Of a DNA stretch of 64,000 nucleotides, positions 12,488 to 23,770 are shown one piece after another. Position 1 is the first letter of the stretch. The number at the start of each line of letters is the position of its first letter. Source of the DNA: Squalus acanthias (Eukaryota); the NCBI GenBank assembly GCA_030390025.1, contig CM059432.1:137022001-137086000 (forward strand), read 5' to 3'. Below the pieces are notes generated by a model. The model was not told the origin of the DNA, ran no database searches, and saw only the letters and a list, made by a program, of their open reading frames with translations. The position numbers were made by a program, and so were the translations under genes.

Positions 12488-13748
12488 AGTAGTAGTTGGA
12501 CAAGCAGCAAGAGTTGTACCAGTGCTCTGTACTGGTAGACTCATGGTTTTGGCCAGTTAAGATTAAGTATACCCCTAGGCAAACTTGAGAATGCCTAAGC
12601 TTTAGCACTTGCCAACCTGTACATAAATTGTCTGGGCAATTGGGGCATGTCCCTACAGGGAGATAGTACAGTCCAAATCAGGCACACAGAAACTCGACCG
12701 AAGTGGATTTTTCAGTAGGTTGGTGTGGAGACTCTGAAGCATAATGATGGGTTGCCACACATTATTTCACCAAGCTAAACAAAACTGCACGACACAAGTG
12801 TGAATTTACTGCACTGTTCTTGGTCCAATCTGAACATGTACAATGGAATATTGACAGTAATGCAACAAAAGTTAGAACAAGGCAGAGGTGCACAATGTCT
12901 GGACCTGCAAGAGGGCAATTGTCATCAATTCATGCAATAGAATTTCGGTTTGTTCTCCAAAGGTTTCTCTTTCACATTGCAGGTCATGCCAGGGGTTTAG
13001 TATTTTTTTTTTTACCCCAGTTATTATTCCTTGCTAATTTTCTCATCTTCCTTCCTATCCTCTCCTGAAGTCATTGATCTCTTGGTGGGCTGTCATTTAT
13101 TGAGTACCAGCCACCCTCTGGTACCTCACTGAAGTGTGTGGGACTGGACAGTCAGGGTCAGCAGGTTATTAAATCAAGGTGGGCTGGTGGGGGTGGCAGG
13201 GGAAGGAAATCACAGTCAAGCTTCACTCAATGTCCGCACATGCATTTCCAGTCAGGGGTGGGGGGGGGGGGGGGGTCGCGAGGTTACAGACTAGCAATCA
13301 GCAGTGGGACCTGTCACCAATTTCCCCCCTCCATTACCAAGGACACTGGTAGTACCACTACCACTTTTCAGATCAGCTAACTGAATCTTCCTACTCTGTG
13401 TGCCTCAACTAGTCACTGGACAAACTCACTGAGCCACTCACAAACATCGGAGGTTCATTTTTTCTGTTTCATCCTTCGTGTTACTCCAACGATTCAGGTG
13501 CACCTTTCATAGTCCAATTTTTGTATCTTTTATTTTCTGTGGCAGTGTGTGGTGGTTTGTGTCCCAGTTTCCCCGCACATGGGTTCATTTTACAAAACTT
13601 ATACTCCTGCACAGATCCTCATCTACCAGGAACACACATCAGGAATTGGGTGCTTCCCCCTACGACCCCCCATCAATTCCATTCTTCACCTTCACTCACC
13701 AGCCTTATTAAAAACCAAACAGCAAGTTCAGCTCAAGATACAGACTTG

Positions 13749-14497
13749 GGGCTGGATTTTCATTGACCCGTGGAGGTGGGTTTGGAGGCGTGTGGGGGGT
13801 TAAAATTGCGAAAACTGGCGGGCGGGCACAAGCCCACCTCCATCCCGCCTCCACGCAATTTTCATTAAATTGTGTCTGCTGGTCCCGACTTCGTCCCGCC
13901 TCTAAGAGGCGGGATAGGCTGTTAAGGCCCTTAACAAGCACTAAATTGCCTCTATAATGCCATTTTGAAAGGCCTTTGTGATTTTAACCCTTTTTCTACG
14001 TGAAGCACGCCTGTTCTGAACCACGAATGTGAAACCTGGCGGGAGCACATTTGGATAGCTGACTAGCAGGCAGGCAGGCAGGCAAGCAAGCAAGCAGGCA
14101 GGCAGGCTGGCTGGCAGGCAGGCATGCAATCTGGATGGATGGATGAGGAGGAGACATATCTGGATGGATGGATGAGGAGGAGACATATCTGGGAGTGGTG
14201 GTGCAAAAATATCTGGGAGCAGACTGAGGGCTGCTGCTGTTTATTTTGCATCCAGGTCCTCTCACAGCAAAGGCCAGGCAGTCTTTGCAGACCTTCAATG
14301 CAGCAGCAATGATGACATCATCAGAGGCAACTTTCAGACTGAAAACACTAATTGGTTCATAGGTTCCCACATGCTGGAACTCAATTGCCCAATTAGGTGA
14401 AAATCACATCAATCTCCCACATCCAATTGCAATCGGGTGGATAACACGAAAAGTGGATGACACGACCCCAACCCGCCCCAGTATCAAAATCCAGCCC
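13749..14497. mobile_element. Non-autonomous Harbinger-type element containing (GGCA)n and a 29-bp tandem repeat
   Basis: TIR GGGCTGGATTTT / AAAATCCAGCCC; 3-bp TSD TTG on both sides. Confidence 0.85.
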
Positions 14498-15419
14498 TTG
14501 GAGCCAGATGATGCAGCTTCCCTGAGCCCTTTAAACCAAAGTGTAAAATCTAATTCGTTGAAAGGGAATTGTCAGGAACAGAATATTGTACGAGGTTCTG
14601 AGACAGCCAAACGTCATCCCCTGCTCTATATAATAATGATATTACACACAAGCAGAAAAAAAACAGGATAACAATGCAAATACTGCATCATAGAGAATGT
14701 TATTAAATCATAGATTCATAAATATAGCCAGAACACTCTGCCTAACTATCTTGAAAGGTCATTGATATCACTGTTACATACCTACCGTATAAATCCAAAC
14801 CTAGTCGCTTATAAATGAGTAACAAATAACACTTTGGAAAACCTCTTTTCCACTACACCAGCTTCAACTGATCTTTAACCACTACAAGAGAATAAAGGGT
14901 TAATTGGTTAATTGATTCCAATCGGGAAGAGCAGCTGAGGCAAACATTGTGTTGGAGACTTGCGAGACGGCAGACAATTTAACTGTTTCAACACCCTCCC
15001 ATGAATAGTGGACAGGCGACTTGGTAAATAACATCAACAGGCCAAACACAGTCAGCATTCTGTATACGTTTGACGTGCCGTATAGCAGATAAATATTAAT
15101 GGCCATTCAGGTCTGTGAGATTTCCATGTAAAATAATTGCCAACATTACATAACACGTGAGCAGGAGCTTCTCATTGTCTTGTATCGTGTACAAGGGCAA
15201 ATTTTCAGCCAGTTCTAAAATAAAGAACTTGCATTTATATCGCACATTTCACGACCTCAGGATGTCCCAAAGAGCTTTACAGCCGATGAAGTACTTTTGA
15301 AGTGTAGGCACTGCTGTAATGTAGGAAATGCGGCAGCCAATTTGAGTACAACAAGATCCCACAAACAGCAATGTGATAATTAACAGAATTATTATTTTTC
15401 TGACTAAAGGAACAGAATG

Positions 15420-15980
15420 CAACTACAACTTGCATTTATATAGCACCTTTAATGTAGTAAAACATCCCAAGGTGCTTCACAGGAGTGTCATCAAACAAAA
15501 TTTGACACATAGGGAGATGTTAGGGCAGGTGACCTAAAGCTTGGTCAAAGCGGTAAGTTGTAAGGAGTGTCTTAAAGAAGGAGAGAGGTAGCGAGGCGGA
15601 GAGGTTCAGCGAGGGAATTCCAGAGCTTAGGGTCTAGGCAGCTGAAGGCACGGCCGCCAATGATGGAGCGATGAAAACCGGGGTTGCTCAAGAGGTCAGA
15701 AATGGAGGAGCGCAGAGATCTCGGAGGGTTGTAGGGCTGGAGGAAGTTACAGAGATAGGGAGGGGGGCGAGTTCATGGAGCGATTTGAAAACACGGATGA
15801 GAATTTTAAAATTGAGGCATTGCCGGACTGGGAGCCAGTGTAAGTCAGTGAGCGTCAGAGGGATGGGTGAACGGGACTTGGTGTGAGTTAGGATACGGGC
15901 TGCAGAGTTCTGGAGGAGCTCAAGTTTACGGAGGGTGCAAGGTGGGAGGCCGGCGAAGAGAGCAATGGAATAGTCAGATA
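15420..15980 (-). mobile_element. L2 LINE 3' fragment (a DeuSINE tail lies at 15222-15385)
   Basis: Homologous to 6615-7005 and 58720-59110. Confidence 0.85.
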
Positions 15981-16117
15981 TCTAGTTTCCTTGGTCATTG
16001 CATAAACAACAACATAGCTTTTGCGTAATGGCGCAAGCCATGAACATGTAGATGGCCTGTGGTGTTAAATCACTCTGCTGACCTCACGAGGTGAAACACC
16101 TCTTCTGTCTCAAGACT

Positions 16118-16655
16118 TCATAGAAACATAGAAGATAGGAGGAGTAGGCCATTCGGCCCCTCGGGCCTGCTCCGCCATTTAATGAGATCATGGCTGATCA
16201 TCCAAATTCAGTACCCTGTCCCCTGCTTTCTCCCCATATCCCTTGATCCCTTTAGCCTTAAGAAATATATCTAACTCCTTCTTGAATATATTTAATGAAT
16301 TGGCCTCAACTGCCTTCTGTGGTAGAGAATTCCACAGGTTCACCACTCTCTGGGTGAAGAAATTCCTCCTCATCTCAGTCCTAAATGGCTTACCCCTTAT
16401 CCTTAGACTGTGACCCCTGGTTCTGGACTCCCCCGCCATCGGGAACATCTTTCCTGCATCTAGTCTGTCTAGTCCTGTTAGAATTTTATAAGTTTCAATG
16501 AGATCTCCTCTCATTCTTCTAAACTCCAGTGAATATAAGCCCAATCGACCCAATCTCTCCTCATACGTCATTCCTGCCATCCCAGGTATCAGTCTGGTGA
16601 ATCTTCGCTGCACTCCCTCCATGGCAAGAACATCCTTCCTCAGATAAGGATGGTC
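16118..16655 (-). mobile_element. Young CR1 LINE 3' fragment (family A)
   Basis: PYLRKDVLAMEGVQRRFTRLIPG...RGDLIETYKI...WNSLP; very similar to 62573-63428. Confidence 0.92.
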
Positions 16656-16754
16656 CCCCTCTGGCAATTTACGGAGATCTGTTCAGATATGCCATGTGTT
16701 CACTCACATACTGTCACATGCCATTTCATTCTTTGATTGTCTTCTCTTGGCTTA

Positions 16755-17190
16755 GAAAGAAAGAAAGACTTGCATCTATGTAGCACCTTTCACAACCTCA
16801 GGACACCCAAAGCGCTTTACAGCCAATGAAGTACTTTTGAAGTGTAGTCATTGTTGTAATGTAAGAAACATGGCAGCCGATTTGCACACAGCAAGCTCCC
16901 ACAAACAGCAATGTGAGATTGACCAGTTAACCTGTTTTAGTGATGTTGGTTGAAGGATAAATATTGGCCAGGACACCGGAGTGAACTCCCCTGCTCTTCT
17001 TCGAAATAGTGCCATGGGATCTTTTACTTCCACCTGAGAGGGCAGATGGGGCCTCGATTTAACATCTCATCTGAAAGACGGCCACTGACAGTGCAGCACT
17101 CCCTCAGTACTGCACTGAAGTTGTCAAGTCCCTGGAGTGGGACTTGAACCCACAACCTTCTAACTCAGAGGCTACCCACTGAATCAAGGC
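16755..17190 (-). mobile_element. Near full-length DeuSINE
   Basis: tRNA-like head (GGTTCAAGTCCC B box), Deu-type core AAAAGATCCCATGGCACT...GGTGTCCTGGCCAAT, (CTTT)n tail. Confidence 0.85.
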
Positions 17191-17214
17191 TCATCCTCCA
17201 GCCAAATTTTGTTA

Positions 17215-17615
17215 CTTTTTTTATTCATTCACGGGATGTGGGGTCGCTGGCAAGGCCAGCATTTATTGCCCATCCCTAATTGCCCTCGAGAAGGTGGTGG
17301 TGAGCCGCCTTCTTGAACCACTGCAGTCCGTGTGGTGAAGATACTCCTACAGTGCTGTTAGGGAGGGAGTTCCAGGATTTTGACCCAGCGATGATGAAGG
17401 ATCGCCGATATATTTCCAAATCAGGATGGTGTGTGACTTGAAGAGGAAACTGGAGGTGGTGGTGTTCCCATGCGCCTGCTGCCCTTGTCCTTCTAGGTGG
17501 TAGAGGTCGCGGGTTTGGGAGGTGCTGTCGAAGAAGCCTTGGCGAGTTGCTGCAGAGCATCTTGTAGATGGTACACACTGAAGACACGGTACGCCAGTGG
17601 TGGAGGGAGTGAATG
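17215..17615 (-). mobile_element. CR1 family B 3' fragment
   Basis: Homologous to 524-930. Confidence 0.9.
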
Positions 17616-17989
17616 CACCATCTCTGTGCAACAATCGGAGCTGGACAGTAGATGGACCTGAATCATTGCAGATATTTAGCTTCTGATTAGAAGATTTTGT
17701 GCGTTCCTTTTCCTATATGCAGTTTTTATTTTTGCAGATCAGGGCAAGAAACTGAAGTGTGTGGCTTGAGAAACGTGTAGAATTTTCATTTCTGCACCAC
17801 TCTCCTGCCCACTGTTCTACTGGGGAGCAGCAGACCTTCCAGCCAAAGCTCAACGAGTAGAAATTTAGTTTGAAGAAGAAAATTGTCCACAACACAGACG
17901 GCATTTGTCGAAAATTTGATGAAAAACATTAAATCTTAGTGACTAGAGCCCTGTGCAATCCAGATCAGAGAATAATGGTTGGAGCAATC

Positions 17990-18215
17990 TCTGAACTGTC
18001 TTTCGACCCTCAGGCAAGTGAGTTCAAATAAACAGATGGGTGAAATCAAACACGCTTGTTGAATGCTTTCAGGGTCCTAAGTAACATGCATTTGAGCAAA
18101 CCTCAACGCACTTCCCTGTAGACAAGAGTCAGCAACACAAAACCATCCTGAAAATTGGCACTTAACAGCACCAATTTGGTATTGGCACTCTGAAAGGGTG
18201 CCAAATGGAACGTCA
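17990..18215 (+). mobile_element. Ancient LF-SINE-like relic
   Basis: TTCCCTGTAGACAAGAGTCAGCAACACAAAACCATCCTGAAAATTGGCACT resembles the LF-SINE core as I recall it. Confidence 0.55.
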
Positions 18216-18419
18216 AATGGCAAAGTGGGTGTGTGTTGAGTTCAGTCCCTGGTCCATGCTGAATGACTTGACGTCAACTGGGCCAGGTGTAGGGTTCTAC
18301 AGTTGTTCTCAATGTCTGTAGGCTAGGAAGAGGGAGAAACTAGCCACAATTTTCATTCCCAACTGCCATGTAGGAGCCCTTCTGAACGTATGCATTTGTC
18401 AACATCGCGCAAGGTTATT

Positions 18420-18760
18420 ACATAGAGTTACACAGAATATACATACAGAATCAGGCCATTCGGCCCAACTGGTCCATGCTGGTGTTTATGCTCCACACGA
18501 GCCTCCTCCCACCCTCTTCATCTCACCCTACCAGCATATCCTTCTATTCCTTTCTCCCTCATGTGCTTATCCAGCTTCCCCTTAAATGCATCTATGCAAT
18601 TCGCCTCACCTACTCCCTGTAGCGCGTTCCACATTGTTACAACTCTCTGGGTAAAGAAGTTCCTCCTGAATTGCTTATTGGATTTCTTTGTGACTATCTT
18701 ATATTTATGGCCCTTGGTTTTGGTTTCCCCCGCAAGTTGAACCACCTTCTCTACGTCTAC
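18420..18760 (-). mobile_element. CR1 LINE 3' fragment
   Basis: KGHKYKI...RRNFFTQRVVTMWNAL. Confidence 0.85.
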
Positions 18761-19379
18761 GATAGGATTGAAGGGAAACACCAAGTTGATGCAGGGAGGC
18801 ACGATGCAATGAATGGGTACAAAGTGATAAAACGTTTCATCGCTAGCACTGTCATCTCTTATCAGTGGAAGCATACACAAAAAGGTAACCAGATCAAGAT
18901 AGTTTACAAATACAGATAAGTAAACGTCTGCTAATACATTGTCGGAACATTTCTATCTCTGTTTCTTTAATACTAACAATGTCTGAATACACAGTATATC
19001 TACATTATTATATTTTTGCTTTACAGACCACAATATAACAAATGGAGGTGATGCATGTTCTGTCACATATTTTAATGGATCCAATCGTTTGAAATTGCTC
19101 GTTTTCTAAAGCATTGTAGATTGTTTCAGAGATAATTGGAGTAATGAGTATTGCCTAAACCAAATGTTCTCTTAGCAAATTGGTTACTTGTGTCCCTAAA
19201 GCAGTCTTACCTTTCTCCCTGCCTCTGGAGCCCCACTGCACTTTGCTTACTGTACTCTATCAAAGCCCAGTTCTCCGCAAGTGAATGAATAAAATACTGC
19301 GGTTTTCTCACATTGACTGACTGAAATAAAATAATCTATGATGCATGAACAAGTCTAAATGAAATAATAATATCCTTAG

Positions 19380-20560
19380 TGGTGAAAAATGGATTGGTAA
19401 TACAGTAATTGAGCAGATTTATTGCCATCTCCGTGAAGTAGCCTGCCGAAACAGTCTGCTATTTTATTTAATCTCATATCAGACGAATTATTGGCTGGTA
19501 ATCTATTGTTAAACATCATTTAGAGTGATGGATGAAAATGTCAGCTTTCTCAACATAATCAATTCATATCTCATTAGCACATATTATTTATGATTCTCAT
19601 AATGAGACCTGCAGGGGTCTCCAGGGGGGAATGGAAACCTCAGCTGTTGTTGGAATGAGATGAGAAATACTGTAGCTTATGAGTTAATAACTGCATATAT
19701 AAAAATGCTTTCCCATAGTATTGATTGCGCTCACCATTTTACAGAGGAATTGAGCAGGCTGGCCTTCCTCACTTCTTGTCGAGTCCAATTGAAGAGGCAG
19801 CACTTCCTCCTAAACACACAAAAGGAATCAGAATGGAGTTAATACCACGGCAAATATTTAAAAAAAACATTTAAAGTAACAGGAAAGAGGCACTATTAAC
19901 AACAACAAAAAAATAATCAGGTTGATCACTGAGAATGAATTCATATTTGAAGAGAAACACGTCTTTATTCCGTTACGATTGGCTATGAACCTGTGGAGGA
20001 ATTCTCTTTTGCATATATATATTATATGAAGATGGATTAGTATATCATTCCAACTGTAAAATGATTTAGATTTAAGGGATTTTTTTTTTTGTTGCAGTAC
20101 ACTACCTCCATGGAACAGACCAATGAAAAGCCAGCCTTGATTCATGGACCAAATGCTGCTGAAGGCACAGCAGTAATCATGGTCACAGTGTCAACGACGG
20201 CCTCAATTAAAGTGCGTTTGCGAATCATTTGATGCTCCAGCTCATAAACATCAATAAAGGAAAATGAGTAATAAATGAGTGTCAGGAGGTACAAAGGATC
20301 AGCTCATATTTCAGATGAAAATGAAGACAAAATGTAGCTTTTATTTGGCTACGAAATTCCCATTAACTGTCTCACTGACAGGAGGGAGCTGGATCAATAG
20401 GCGGCTGGTCACAGAAAACAGCTTCTTGCTGCTCAGCAGCCAAGGCAAAAAGGAAACTTGTCATATTGTGATCTTTATCAGGTAATCTCCATTACAGTGG
20501 CGTCTTGATCCATGGATATGTTGGCGTGCTTCACAATATTGCTGCGTGAATTAATGTCTA
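19380..20560. promoter_or_regulatory. Putative conserved non-coding element / developmental enhancer cluster
   Basis: Repeat-free, AT-rich, non-coding; dense TAAT/ATTA plus TGATGGAT and TGACAG motifs. Confidence 0.45.
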
Positions 20561-21818
20561 TATATAATGGTTACAAATTTTAAAAAACGCTAAGTGATTC
20601 TACATTCAATAAACCCTTGCCAATTATCTATATTCTTTTTTGGTTTCCCGTGCTGAGTTTCTAGATAAACCAAACAGGGGCCGGGGGAGGGAGGAAGAGG
20701 AAATTATTGACTTCTTCATTCCTCATCATTGATAGACTAATCGCACATATTACCAGCCTGCCTTATCCCTAAACAGTTTTATTCAGAATCCACTAATACG
20801 TGACAAGTGCTAGTCTATTGTAAAAGTGGAAGTTCAAATTTTGAAGAGGTACAATGGCCTTCGATTGGAACCGTAGATCTGACTCTGTGTTGGCATTTCC
20901 TTACTGATGCTATATATTCAATATTAGCACCATTATAATTCCACTAATACAATGAAACTACAAAAAGACTTCCATTATACGGCAGCTTTTTTTTAATCAG
21001 TGTGCAGTTGATTTTTAATATATTTGCAAAAATTGAGATAAAAGTTTTCGGATCATGTAGACCTCCAGCAGGGCTGTTCCCCAGACTACCTCACTTTGGC
21101 AACTTCTGTACAATACACATTGCAAGGCTTCTTTTCCTTTTGACTTGTAAATATTAATTACTATATAACCATTTGACAAAAAAGCTTAACTTCTATTTAT
21201 ATCTCACAAAGAAAACGGCTGACCCTATAATTAGGGCTGTGCAGTCAGATATATCAAAGAGCTGAACACAGTCAAACCCAGCTAGTGTGGACGAACCCAT
21301 GATGTAAACATTTAGGCCTAAGACACCATTGTGCAAGCACAAGCCTAAAAGTCAAACACTTACTCAGAACCTTCTGACTGACTAGGAATTAAATCCAAAG
21401 ACATTGACTAGCCCTATATGTCATTTCTATATATTTAAAAAATAATCAATATAACATGATAGTCACTGTTTGCTTTATTTCACTGAAATCGCCTTTGTTC
21501 ATTTGCAGTAGTGACTCATCCTTCATTATCATCCCTCTTCAACACATTTGTGTTGTAGCTCTCGCTGTCATTTGCCATCTCGACCTAATGAAGTAGCATC
21601 AATATTTTCATTGATTGGCAGAGTCCCCTTTGCCGATTTATAATCATCGTAGGACACGACATGGCTCAGCTCATCTCTGCTTTTTGAAAACATTTTCAGG
21701 AATAGTAAATGCGTTCCAACAATTGTTTCAAAAAAAATGGACAGCTTATGTGGACCCTGTGATCTTAATGATGTTGATGGTCGGTCATGTGTGTGCACAC
21801 GGCACAAAAGGGCCACTG

Positions 21819-23080
21819 CTAGCGTTGCTGACTCTGGTTGGACGTATTCCTGGCGGTAACATCACATGACCTCCTGCCGCCAACCGCCTCGCCCCCACAC
21901 TCCCACCATTGGTCACCCAACACGCCCGTTATCACAGGCCCCGCCTTCCCACAGCCAAATGGAAAACAAACAGACTCTTCGGGCTGGATTTTGCCAATGG
22001 GGAGCTTTTGGAGGCGGGACTCCCACTTGTCGGGTTTTAGTCCCGCCTCCATCAACTTCTGGCCAACCCATGCTATTTTCCCTTGATTGACCTTGTTAAG
22101 CCTGCCCAGCGGGCTTAGCGGGCCAATTAAGGGGAAGCCGGTTACAGAGAACGTCAGCGTATGACGTTTCATTTGTCAAAAATTTTTGACAGATGAATTG
22201 TCATCGTTTGACAGCTCTGTGAAGCTGTCAAGCATTGACATTCTTTGTAGTTTGATGAGTTCTTGCATTCAAGACCTCATCAAACCTCTTTCTTTTGCAG
22301 AAATTAGATGGTTGTTGCATTGGAGAATGCAACGGCCATCTGTCATCTCTGCCGTAGAGATGCGAGACCCTCCGCATACCCAACTCTTGAAGCCTGCAGG
22401 AAGAAACAAAGGTAAGTAAACTTTTTTTTTTAACACTTTCCACATACCTCACATACTCACCTCTCCACACTTGCACCCATCACTTACCTTCACAGCGCAC
22501 TTTTGCACCCCTCCGACCCCCGCAGACCCACTACTCACCTCGGTGACCCTGGCGGGGTTCGGAGCCTTCGGGAAGCCCGCACTTATGTGGGTAAAATGGG
22601 GATAATCCTCTTATCTGCCTGTTAATTACCTGTTAACAGGCAGATAAGTGGCACTAATCCCCTTCCCGCCTCCAAGGAGACGGGACCCGGCACGGGTCAG
22701 CTACCCGCCTCCTGGCAAGATGGCATGGAGGCGGGTTGGGGGAGGGTTGGGCACCCGCCCCCAAATTCAGCCATTTTCTCGGCAGTCCCGCCTCCAACCC
22801 GCCTCCCCAGGGCTGGCAAAATCCAGCCCTTCGTTACCCGATTGGATGATTCTTGACTGTCAGTCAAACAGCCTCCACCACACCCCCTTCCCCGCCACCC
22901 CATCTCCAATACTTATATAACTAACGAACAAAAGTGTTCAAAATAAGTGGGAAAAGACCTCACATTTTTTTTAACAACCCTAAGATTATTCTCCAGAGTT
23001 GCTGGGAACAGTGCCAAGGAGATCAATCTTTAATTCCTGGAGACCCCAGGACAATCCTGGAGGGTTGGGATTGGCAATGC
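21819..23080. mobile_element. hAT-like MITE interrupted by a Harbinger-type element
   Basis: Flanks rejoin (GACTCTTC|GTTACCCGATTGGATGATT) to match the intact copy at 52677-53052. Confidence 0.75.
21981..22829 (+). mobile_element. Non-autonomous Harbinger-type element (family X, hairpin chain)
   Basis: Perfect 16-bp TIR GGGCTGGATTTTGCCA; TSD TTC/TTC. Confidence 0.9.
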
Positions 23081-23454
23081 CAGCCACTGATGAGGTCACT
23101 TTGTCGCTGGTATTTTTAATAGGGATGAGCTCCAAGAGCATTATTTGGAATTTCAACTGAACTCATTCAGGACAATCTGAACTTGGTCAATTTAGACCAG
23201 TTTGGATTTGGATCCAATTTGGGGTGCGCCTGTCCCTTTAAATAAAACAGACAAAAATACCTCTGGGAAAGTGCCATGCTGATTTATGTGCCCCCTCCCC
23301 ATCAGCTCTTGCTCAGGGACAAAGTGGCCCTCGATACAAGCATGGTCCATGTGCCCTGAACTCCAAAGATATCTCTCCTGTCATAGTTGGTAACTGTAAG
23401 CGGTGGCTCGAGCCACAGCAACAAGGCAGATGCAGGTTAATTTGTTGTGCTTGT

Positions 23455-23770
23455 GTAACCTCCTGCAGCCCTACAACCCTCCGAGATCTCTGCGCTCCTC
23501 CAATTCTGGCATCTTGCGCATCCCACCATTGGTGGCCGTGCCTTCCAGCTGCCTGGGCCCTAAGCTCTGAAATTCCTTCTCTGCCTCTCTACCTCTCTGT
23601 CCTCCTTCAAGACACTCATTAAAACCTATCTCTTTGACCAAGCTTTTGGTCTCCTGTCCTAATACCTCATGTGGCTTGGTGTCAAATTTTGTTTGATAAT
23701 CGCTCCAGTGAAGCGCCTTGGGACGTTTTACCATCTTACAGGTGCTATGTAAATACAAGTTGTTGTTGTT
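23455..23770 (+). mobile_element. L2 LINE 3' end
   Basis: Homologous to other L2 tails; (GTT)n end. Confidence 0.85.

Noticed and set aside
13941..14370. Low-complexity ORFs (PACLPA...)
   Set aside because: Translation of (GGCA)n and a minisatellite inside a MITE
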